Shown here: in pieces, positions 8,233 to 15,330 of the stretch
How positions within the stretch are numbered: the first letter of the stretch is position 1
Layout: the number at the start of each line of letters is the position of its first letter
Assembly: GCA_030637655.1 (NCBI GenBank)
Contig: DAOWGI010000089.1
Coordinates: 1-15,330 of the forward strand
DNA: 15,330 bases
Origin: a candidate division FCPU426 bacterium
GTDB taxonomy: Bacteria > Oederibacteriota > JAAXVQ01 > JAUVAV01
Direction: 5' to 3'
The notes under the pieces: generated by a model
Seen by the model: the letters and a program-made list of their open reading frames with translations, nothing else
Told to the model about the DNA's origin: nothing
Databases searched by the model: none
Made by a program: the position numbers and the translations under genes

Positions 8233-9026
8233 ACTTTTCCTGTGGCCTCGATGATTTCCTGTATGACTTTGCCAGGCGTCTTATGGCTGATAAGTGATTT
8301 ACCCATCAAGGTGGCTTTAACACGATCCGAAGCGATCTTGAGCACATCTTCCACATCTTTATATCCACTGGCCGCAATCACCAGATTGTCTCTGGGCACC
8401 AATTTGGCCAGACGATCCACGGTTTGCATATTAACCTTCAAGGTATTTAAATCACGGTTGTTGATCAAAATCACATCCGCTCCTGCTCGTAAAGAGCGTT
8501 TGAGATCCGGAACTGCGTGCACTTCCACCACCGGAGTCATACCCAAACTGCGGGTCACTTCTATAAAACGGGGCAATTGTTTGTCTGGAATTGCTTCCGC
8601 CAGCAAAAGCACCGCGTCTGCGCGTGCTGCCCGTGATTCATACAATTGGTAGATATTCACAATGAAATCTTTGCGTAAAACCGGCAGCTTGCTGATTTTT
8701 TTCACTTCTTCTATCATCGATAATTTGCCGCCAAAGTGCTTGGTATCAGTAACCACCGATAGCGCTATGGCACCGCCTGCTTCATAATCGTGGATCAATT
8801 TTTCCAATTGAATACGCGGTTTCCAGGAAGGGGTTCCCGGCACCTTTTTTTTAATCTCGGCAATCACACCCATACGCGATGTATTGAAAATCGCTTCCCG
8901 GTAATTACGCACCGGCGGCAGAGTTAATATCGTATGTAATAGTTTATCCAGGGAAGTGCGCTTTTGAGACTTATCAACCTCACTCGCTTTTTCTTTTACT
9001 ACTTTCCTTAAAAAGGATTTTGCCAT
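8229..9026 (-). CDS. trpC: Indole-3-glycerol phosphate synthase (divergent)
   Basis: IAEIKK, SVVTD..HFGG, LPVLRKDFI, ADAVLL, VEVH, INNRDL. The SPS and ESG motifs are altered. Confidence 0.88.
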   Translation of the reverse strand: MAKSFLRKVVKEKASEVDKSQKRTSLDKLLHTILTLPPVRNYREAIFNTSRMGVIAEIKKKVPGTPSWKPRIQLEKLIHDYEAGGAIALSVVTDTKHFGGKLSMIEEVKKISKLPVLRKDFIVNIYQLYESRAARADAVLLLAEAIPDKQLPRFIEVTRSLGMTPVVEVHAVPDLKRSLRAGADVILINNRDLNTLKVNMQTVDRLAKLVPRDNLVIAASGYKDVEDVLKIASDRVKATLMGKSLISHKTPGKVIQEIIEATGKV

Positions 9027-9086
9027 AGTCTTCCCCTCCTGCTTATTTTAATCATTTTTCATTTTTCTGTTTTCAATCGTTTTCAC

Positions 9087-9324
9087 GGGCGGATCCATCT
9101 ATCCGCCCCTACGTTTTTTCGGGTGGACACGGGGGTACGCCCCTACGATTAATTCCGGGCGCACTCAGTGCGCCCCTACACAATCTACTTTCTAATCTCT
9201 ACTTTCACGTTACCTGCCGGACGCTATTGGCTGCGCCCCTATAATAATCATTTCTCATTCTTCATCGGGCGAATACAAGCTTCGCCCCTACGATTAATTC
9301 CGGGCGCACTCAGTGCGCCCCTAC
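9087..9324 (-). repeat. Cluster of six GTAG-type REP palindromes
   Basis: Units GGGCG-stem-loop-CGCCCCTAC (GTAGGGGCG...CGCCC on the minus strand) at 9087-9112, 9121-9146, 9157-9179, 9219-9242 (degenerate), 9267-9291 and 9302-9324. Confidence 0.88.
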
Positions 9325-9327
9325 TAT

Positions 9328-10719
9328 TTATTCCGGTTCTCCCAGACGTTGATGCAACCGTCCCCGGTACCTCGCACCCAAGCTCTCTGCCAGTTTCTGT
9401 ACTGCCTGCGTGTTGACCTCAGACAATTTTACTGCTGTCACAGTAACCGGAAATCCCATTTTCACCGCACGTGATATAAACTCAACCACCACAGCATGTA
9501 CGTTGGTATTGCTCCGTGGCCGTACCAGTCTTGTGTATTGCTCCGGATCCGCACTGTTGAGCGAGACCGACCACTCATCCACCAATCCCTGACACTCGGG
9601 CAGAATGTCCCGGCTAAAAATAATATCCGCATGGCCGTTGGTATCTACCCGTACCCGTCCGCCACGGGATTTGACGGCTTTGGCCACCTGCAATAAAGTC
9701 GGCAACCGTAAAATCGGTTCACCAAAGCCGCAGAAGACCACTTCCCTATATTTAGCAGGGTCCCCTATGCCGGCAATCAATTCTTCTGCCAACGGTTCAC
9801 GAGATAAGGATAATTCATACTGCTGCACCTGACGCCGAATTCGACGCGGACAAAAAGTGCAATCCGCACTGCACCGATTGGTCAGATTAATGTACAAATA
9901 TCCCTGAATATCATACACAAACGTCCCAGGATGCTTTTCTTCCAACTTAAACAAGCATCTGGCATTGGCAGAGGTCTGTTCGGCCAAGGTCTCCAGTGAA
10001 ACATTCCGAAGCACAGCACAAGCTTCGGCCACGGCCTTCAGGTAAGCCGGTTCATTACGCTTTCCCCGCCTGAATTGCGGCGGCAAATACGGTGCATCTG
10101 TCTCCAACAGTAACCGGTCAGAAGGCACTATGCGCACTACTTCACGCATGGCTTCCGCCTTGGGATAGGTCACCGGACCGCCAATCCCGGTATAAAATCC
10201 CATATCCAAAACCGTGGCCAAGTGTTCTTCGCCTCCGGCATAGCAATGCATGACCCCACCATTAGTATACGGCCCGTATTGCTTTAGCCAATGCAAAGCA
10301 TCTTCGTAAGCTTCCCGCACATGTACAATTATAGGCAACTCAAAAAGCTTGGCCATTTCCAATTGCTTACAAAAGGCCTTTTGCTGGGCCTTTTGGTCCG
10401 GTGGCGGATAATCCGGAAACACATGATAATCCAGGCCGATTTCTCCCAAAGCCACAATCTTTTCCTGACATAGCTGTTCGCGCATGTCCGTAAATGCCGG
10501 CTCAGAAGTGTTGGGAAATTCATGCGGATGCAATCCAATGCTTCCATACATATTCGGCGCCTGCCGGATCAGTTGCAAAATTTTCCGGTTCGCCTCTACG
10601 GCTGAGCCGGCATTAATCAGGGTTTTTATACCCGTTTCCTCTGCCCGCTGTAAAATCTCGTCGCGATCAGAAGCAAACGCTTCATCTTCCAAATGTACAT
10701 GCGTATCAATTAAAACCAT
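9328..10719 (-). CDS. tatD: TatD-family nuclease fused to a TatD-associated radical SAM domain
   Basis: N-terminal DTHVHL, GLHPH, GEIGLDY, VHVREA, MHCY, ETDAPYL, RNEP. C-terminal LYINLTNRCSADCTFC (CxxxCxxC), EVVFCGFGEP, TNGH, SVSLN. Confidence 0.95.
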   Translation of the reverse strand: MVLIDTHVHLEDEAFASDRDEILQRAEETGIKTLINAGSAVEANRKILQLIRQAPNMYGSIGLHPHEFPNTSEPAFTDMREQLCQEKIVALGEIGLDYHVFPDYPPPDQKAQQKAFCKQLEMAKLFELPIIVHVREAYEDALHWLKQYGPYTNGGVMHCYAGGEEHLATVLDMGFYTGIGGPVTYPKAEAMREVVRIVPSDRLLLETDAPYLPPQFRRGKRNEPAYLKAVAEACAVLRNVSLETLAEQTSANARCLFKLEEKHPGTFVYDIQGYLYINLTNRCSADCTFCPRRIRRQVQQYELSLSREPLAEELIAGIGDPAKYREVVFCGFGEPILRLPTLLQVAKAVKSRGGRVRVDTNGHADIIFSRDILPECQGLVDEWSVSLNSADPEQYTRLVRPRSNTNVHAVVVEFISRAVKMGFPVTVTAVKLSEVNTQAVQKLAESLGARYRGRLHQRLGEPE

Positions 10720-10764
10720 ATATTACCTTCATTCAATCATTCAAAAACACGAAACCTCATTGGT

Positions 10765-10817
10765 GGGCGAGGGATCCGACTTCGCTGAAGCTACGCCGAG
10801 ACAAGCCTCGCCCCTAC
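10765..10817 (-). repeat. GTAG-type REP with a second element nested in its loop
   Basis: GGGCGAGG...CCTCGCCCCTAC arms enclose CCGACTTCGCTGAAGCTACGCCGAGACAA. Confidence 0.75.
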
Positions 10818-12361
10818 TTCTTTTCTTTTTCCCGGCGTGGAAAAAGAGGGCCGGTTTTAGCAATTGGCTGACCCTTAGGCAATTGGCCCCATTGAGCTTC
10901 GTGCGGAAATTCAGGAATGCGCCGCGGATTTGGGTCACCCAATTGTTCCAAGATACGCGGCGTGGTCCCAGGCATAAACGGTTGAATATAACAGGCGACC
11001 AAGCGCAACACTTCCAAAAGATTGTACATCACTTTATCCACGCGGTCTTTCTCCCCTTGCTTAAAGAGTGCCCAAGGAGCGGATTCCTCAATATATTTAT
11101 TGGCCCGTTTCACCAAATCCCAGACCAAGGACAAGGCATTGGAAAAACAAAGTTGATCCATCACCTTATTAAAGGCCGGGTATAAATTCTGCGCCATCTC
11201 CGCCAATATGGAATCATTGACATTTTTATCCTGCCGGCTCTCCGGAATTCTTCCGTCACAATATTTCTCCACCATGGTCAAGGTACGATTCAACAAATTC
11301 CCCATATCGTTGGCCAGATCGCTATTGTACCGCTCCACCATCTCCTCTTCACTAAAATCACCGTCACCGGAAAAATTATTAGCTGCCAACAATACATAGC
11401 GGAAAGGATCCACTCCATAGTCACGCACCATATCCAAGGGATCCAACACATTGCCCCTGGTCTTGGAAATTTTCTCACCTTTCAGATAGATAAATCCATG
11501 ACCAAAGACTTGTTTGGGCACAGGCAGTTTGGCAGACATGAGCATGGCCGGCCAGATAATACAATGAAAGCGGGTAATGTCTTTGCCAATGACATGCACA
11601 TCCGCAGGCCAGTACTTTTCAAAGTTGGCCATATCCTGTGGAAATCCGATTGCGGAAATATAATTAATCAGAGCATCAAACCACACGTAAATAATATGCT
11701 TATCATCACCCGGAAAGGGTATTCCCCAGGTGGTCGACGCCCGGGATATGGAAATATCCTGCAAGCCACCTTTGATAATATTAATAATTTCATTCCGTCT
11801 TGTCTCGGGCCGAATAAAATCCGGATTGGTTTCAATGTGCTGTAACAACGGTTCGGCATAACGTGAGAGTTTGAAAAAATAATTATCTTCTGACAGCCGG
11901 CGGGGCTTGGTCCCGTGATCCGGACAGTTCCCGTCTTTCAGCTCCGTCTCTTGGTAATACCGATTGCAGGAATCGCAGTACCAACCTTCGTATTTTCCCG
12001 GATACACATCACCGTTTTCCTGTGCCCGCCGCACCATCTCCTGCGCTGCGGCGTAGTGAAGCGGTTCCGAAGTCCGGATAAAACGGTCATAAGAAATTTC
12101 CAGTGCCTGCCAGGTTTCTTTGAAAATGTCGGTCATGTCGTCGCAATAGGCCGCGGGAGTGGTTTTAAATTCCTCGGCCTTGGCTTCGATGTTGGGTGAA
12201 TGTTCATCCGAACCAGTGGCAAATTGTACATCAAAACCGGTTATCCGCTTCCAGCGCGCCAACACATCTGTCGCAATTTCCTCATACGCATGGCCAATAT
12301 GCGGTCTGGAGTTCGCGTAGGTTATGGCGGTTGTGATATAAAATATCTTTTTCTCAGTCAC
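10814..12361 (-). CDS. metG: Methionyl-tRNA synthetase (short form, no C-terminal tRNA-binding domain)
   Basis: YITTAITYAN..PHIGHAY, G.DEH, FIRT, YEGWYC, YVWFDALINY, IGKDITRFH...WPA.L, KISKT (KMSKS-like); ends at LFPR. Confidence 0.97.
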   Translation of the reverse strand: MTEKKIFYITTAITYANSRPHIGHAYEEIATDVLARWKRITGFDVQFATGSDEHSPNIEAKAEEFKTTPAAYCDDMTDIFKETWQALEISYDRFIRTSEPLHYAAAQEMVRRAQENGDVYPGKYEGWYCDSCNRYYQETELKDGNCPDHGTKPRRLSEDNYFFKLSRYAEPLLQHIETNPDFIRPETRRNEIINIIKGGLQDISISRASTTWGIPFPGDDKHIIYVWFDALINYISAIGFPQDMANFEKYWPADVHVIGKDITRFHCIIWPAMLMSAKLPVPKQVFGHGFIYLKGEKISKTRGNVLDPLDMVRDYGVDPFRYVLLAANNFSGDGDFSEEEMVERYNSDLANDMGNLLNRTLTMVEKYCDGRIPESRQDKNVNDSILAEMAQNLYPAFNKVMDQLCFSNALSLVWDLVKRANKYIEESAPWALFKQGEKDRVDKVMYNLLEVLRLVACYIQPFMPGTTPRILEQLGDPNPRRIPEFPHEAQWGQLPKGQPIAKTGPLFPRREKEKK

Positions 12362-12373
12362 AGCTCAAGCTCC

Positions 12374-13327
12374 TCAATCCCGGCGATTATTTTTATTATG
12401 ATTCTGATATCCCCGGTTGCGGCGGAAATGATCACTCCGGTTTCCGTGTCTTTGCTTGTCCTGTCCGTTACCCGAGTTGTCGGAAGCAGTACTTTTCTCA
12501 GGATTCGCATTGGTTGGCGTTGGCTGCGATGCCTGCTCCGGTTGTTTTGAAACCGTGGTTTTCTCAGAAGCCGGCGCTGCCATACTTTCCCGCGGGCAAG
12601 CTTCGCACTTTTCTTGTTGTTCTTTTAGTTGGTCCGGCTTTTCTTTTTTGTATTGCTTGTTTTCGGTCATCTTTTTTTTGCCTTTGCCCCTCGATCCCTC
12701 GTACTCATAAGCCAGGCAGCACATCAAACGGCCGCACAAACCGGACACCTTGGTAGGATTCAAAGACAAATTTTGCTCTTTGGCCATCCGGATGGAAACC
12801 GAAGCAAAATCTTTTAAAAACGAGGCGCAACACAAGATCCGACCACAGCAACCAACACCGCCCAAACGCCGCGCTTCATCCCGCACACCGATCTGGCGCA
12901 TTTCTATCTTCAGCTTCAGCACTTGGGCCAACTCCTTGACCAATTCCCGGAAATCCACCCGGTTTTCCGCCGTAAAGTAAAAAATAGCCTTGCGCCCATC
13001 CAGGGTGTAACTTACATCCACTAATTTCATTTGCATGTCTTTTTCCTGGACTTTTTTCCGACACAAGCGATAGGCATCAATCTCTTTTTTGTTGTTCTTT
13101 TTCAATTGCTCGTGATCACGACCAGTTGCCACGCGTACAATCGGCCGAATGTTTTGAGGCATTTGAGCTTCCGCCACTATCTTGCCGGCACGAACCACAC
13201 GCGCCATTTGCAAACCATGCTCGCCTTCCACCACGCAAAACGAATCCAAAGCCAAGCGTTCTTTGGGCGTAAGAAAGTAACAGACTCCTCCACCCTTCAA
13301 ATATTGAACTCCTATCATTTCCGGCAT
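12374..13327 (-). CDS. ricT: PSP1 C-terminal domain protein (RicT/YaaT family) with low-complexity C-terminal tail
   Basis: FYFTAENRVDFRELVKELA, IEMRQIGVRDEA, G.CGR.LCC, SIRMAKEQNLSLNP.K.SG.CGRLMCCL.YE. Start placed at the ATG at 13327 behind GAGGTG. Confidence 0.92.
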   Translation of the reverse strand: MPEMIGVQYLKGGGVCYFLTPKERLALDSFCVVEGEHGLQMARVVRAGKIVAEAQMPQNIRPIVRVATGRDHEQLKKNNKKEIDAYRLCRKKVQEKDMQMKLVDVSYTLDGRKAIFYFTAENRVDFRELVKELAQVLKLKIEMRQIGVRDEARRLGGVGCCGRILCCASFLKDFASVSIRMAKEQNLSLNPTKVSGLCGRLMCCLAYEYEGSRGKGKKKMTENKQYKKEKPDQLKEQQEKCEACPRESMAAPASEKTTVSKQPEQASQPTPTNANPEKSTASDNSGNGQDKQRHGNRSDHFRRNRGYQNHNKNNRRD

Positions 13328-13360
13328 AATTCCCACCTCAAATCAAAATACGCGGAGCTT

Positions 13361-13472
13361 TCAGGGGGACCGCAGGTCCCCCTGACGCAAACGCCGATGC
13401 GTTTTGCTGGCCCCTCCTATCCAATTCAGGGGCTCCGCCCCCGAACCCCCGCTCTCTATCTTTATAGAGAGC
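13361..13472. repeat. Cluster of hairpins / REP-like palindromes between holB and ricT
   Basis: TCAGGGGGACC-GCA-GGTCCCCCTGA (13361-13385); GCAAACGC..GCGTTTTGC (13387-13407); CAGGGGCTCCGCCCCCGAACCCCCG (13427-13451); GCTCTCTAT-CTTT-ATAGAGAGC (13451-13472). Confidence 0.7.
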
Positions 13473-13497
13473 CAGTGTTGTTGTTTCTGCGCCATTT

Positions 13498-14484
13498 TTA
13501 TATGGCCTGTAGTGGATTGGCCAAACGTGAAAACAAATTTTCCAACAACAGCTGTACGTTAATATTTCTTTTCAACTGCTCCACCGCCTGCAATACGCTG
13601 CGGTATTTTTCCTGCAAGCCCTCGGCCGTCTCTCGCACTGCCGCTTGTTGCAAGGCTTCCCAATAATCCTGGTTGATAATCAAAGCTTTTTCTCCGCCTT
13701 GCACCAACACTAACAAATCACGGTACCAGGTTAATAAAAACATTAAAATCTCCGGTAGTTCAGCCCGTAATTCACCCACCTGCTGCGCACAAACTTCCCA
13801 CTCCAGCTCTTTGGTCTTTTGCGCGATTTGCAACACTTGCGCTCGCAAAGCCTTCTGTTCTTCATCTGCCAAACGCAAGGCTTCGGCCGGGCGGCCGCCG
13901 GACAGCATAGCCAAGGTCACCGCTTGTGCTTGAGTACACGACAAACGGGCTTCCAGCCACTGGGCCAACACCTGTCTCGCCACCGCCTGAAAACGAATCT
14001 CCTGGCACCGGGAGCGAATGGTCGTCAGTAAAGCAAACGGCTGCGTGGTAATCAGGATGAGCACTACCTTGGCCGGTGGCTCTTCCAAAAGTTTGAGCAA
14101 ACTGTTGGCTGCTTCCAAAGTCAGGGCATCCGCCGGATCCAATAGGTAAATTTTATTCTTACCTTCCAACGGTTTAAGCATGGCTTCCCGGTGTATGGAA
14201 TCACGAATTTGCTCAATCTTGATGCTTTGTCCGTCCGGGACAATCTCATGCACGTCCGGATGAACGCCTTTTTCAATCCTGCGACAAGTATTGCACAACC
14301 CACAGGCATCCTGGTTTTCAGTTTCCTGACAATTCAGTGCTTGGGCCAAGGCCAGCGCAGTTGTTCTTTTTCCCACACCTTCCGGTCCGGTAAATAGAAA
14401 TGCATGTGCTATCCGTTGATTTTGTAATGAACGGCGCAAATATTCCAGCGCGTGCTGCTGACCTCTAATATTATGAAACGGCAT
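13498..14484 (-). CDS. holB: DNA polymerase III subunit delta'
   Basis: HAFLFTGPEGVGK, C...CG.C..C zinc module, HPDV, I.IEQIR, AANSLLKLLEEPP, TIRSRC; synteny with tmk. Confidence 0.96.
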   Translation of the reverse strand: MPFHNIRGQQHALEYLRRSLQNQRIAHAFLFTGPEGVGKRTTALALAQALNCQETENQDACGLCNTCRRIEKGVHPDVHEIVPDGQSIKIEQIRDSIHREAMLKPLEGKNKIYLLDPADALTLEAANSLLKLLEEPPAKVVLILITTQPFALLTTIRSRCQEIRFQAVARQVLAQWLEARLSCTQAQAVTLAMLSGGRPAEALRLADEEQKALRAQVLQIAQKTKELEWEVCAQQVGELRAELPEILMFLLTWYRDLLVLVQGGEKALIINQDYWEALQQAAVRETAEGLQEKYRSVLQAVEQLKRNINVQLLLENLFSRLANPLQAI

Positions 14485-15136
14485 GGCAGCGTTCTTTAAT
14501 AAGTTTGATTTTCGCTTCCACGTTTTCCCAACTCTGCTTGGTCACTTTTTGCAAGGACTGGTCCGCGCGAATTAGCTTTACGCGCTTAGGCTCTGCTTTG
14601 GCTATTTTTCGATACGCGCGTCTAACGCCTTCCATAAAGGTGCGTGATCCTGATTCCATACGATCATGCCCCTGTTTGGCGTGAAACGCTCTTTTTAATC
14701 CTGTGTTGCTCGAAAGATCATAGAGCAAGGTCAAATCCGGTTTTAACCCATTGGTGGCAAAACGGTTACCTTGGATGACAAAGGCCGCCGGCAGCCGGCG
14801 ACCTCCGACCTGATAGGCATAGGTCGAGTCACTGAATCGCTCGCAGACAACAACCTTCCCTTGCTGCAAAGCCGGTTGAATGACATCACGTACATGCTGT
14901 GCTCTGGCCGCAAGAAAAAGCAACAGTTCTGCTTCGGGACGCGGTGGTGTCTCTTCTGTTGTAAGCAATAGTATCCGGATTTTTTCCGCCAAAGGATGAC
15001 CCCCTGGCTCCCGGGTTTGCAGCACTTGAAAGTTTGCTAATTTCAATCTTGCACACAGCAACTTAAACTGAGTACTTTTGCCAGATCCATCCAGGCCCTC
15101 GAGCGTAATAAAAAAACCACGCTTTTTTTTGGGCAT
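14471..15136 (-). CDS. tmk: Thymidylate kinase
   Basis: FITLEGLDGSGKSTQ P-loop, TREPGG, ELLLFLAARAQH, ERFSDSTYAYQ, PDLT. Confidence 0.97.
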   Translation of the reverse strand: MPKKKRGFFITLEGLDGSGKSTQFKLLCARLKLANFQVLQTREPGGHPLAEKIRILLLTTEETPPRPEAELLLFLAARAQHVRDVIQPALQQGKVVVCERFSDSTYAYQVGGRRLPAAFVIQGNRFATNGLKPDLTLLYDLSSNTGLKRAFHAKQGHDRMESGSRTFMEGVRRAYRKIAKAEPKRVKLIRADQSLQKVTKQSWENVEAKIKLIKERCHAVS

Positions 15137-15213
15137 TTGTATTTTATCCTTTCAAAATAACAATATTTATTGATTTTGCCTCTCAAAAAACACTATTTAA
15201 CAGGTGAAATCAA

Positions 15214-15322
15214 GTAATATGTCATATGACAACCTTTATTTAACTATATTTCACTGACATATTACGTAATTAATCCATAAAAATCCACCTAATTTTGTAA
15301 TATGTCGTAACAGGTCAGTGAA
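15214..15322. promoter_or_regulatory. Operator-like array of a repeated 10-mer and palindromes
   Basis: GTAATATGTC at 15214-15223 and 15297-15306, its reverse complement at 15256-15265, plus TTCACTGAC/GTCAGTGAA at 15250-15258/15314-15322. Confidence 0.55.
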
Positions 15323-15330
15323 CTAACATG

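Noticed and set aside
9087-9324. CRISPR array
   Set aside because: Repeat interiors vary, gaps are irregular (8-39 nt), one spacer is duplicated and no cas genes are present. It fits GTAG REPs.
14830-14850. Tmk ERF in place of the DR(Y/F) motif as a sign of inactivity
   Set aside because: The change is conservative, the catalytic Arg and all other motifs are intact, and synteny is canonical.
2040-14971. Long plus-strand ORFs over the minus-strand genes (e.g. 3753-4364, 7981-8652, 10484-11185, 13031-13666)
   Set aside because: They are antisense shadows of well-supported genes with no recognisable motifs.

Overview
Bacterial chromosomal window, probably from a diderm because it encodes a porin. 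The right half (7277-15136, all minus strand) is a housekeeping run: tmk, holB, PSP1/RicT-family gene, short metG, TatD-radical SAM fusion, then an isolated trpC-trpF pair and a cupin. Its intergenic gaps contain GTAG-type REP palindromes. The left half is accessory. It holds a porin O/P-family gene divergent from a PhnD-like solute-binding protein with no ABC transporter, which is followed by a methyl-accepting chemoreceptor with a highly structured leader. It also holds a decayed 5' half of a group II intron, two small gene relics, and the 5' part of a secreted Thr/Ser/Gly-rich repeat protein that the ORF track misses. Best leads: (1) the porin/binding protein/chemoreceptor module, (2) two related ~26-30 nt palindromes inserted into hairpin loops of other elements, (3) a TrpC that has lost conserved motifs, (4) a triple 10-mer operator-like array upstream of tmk. 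All family calls come from motif recognition by eye; no searches were run.
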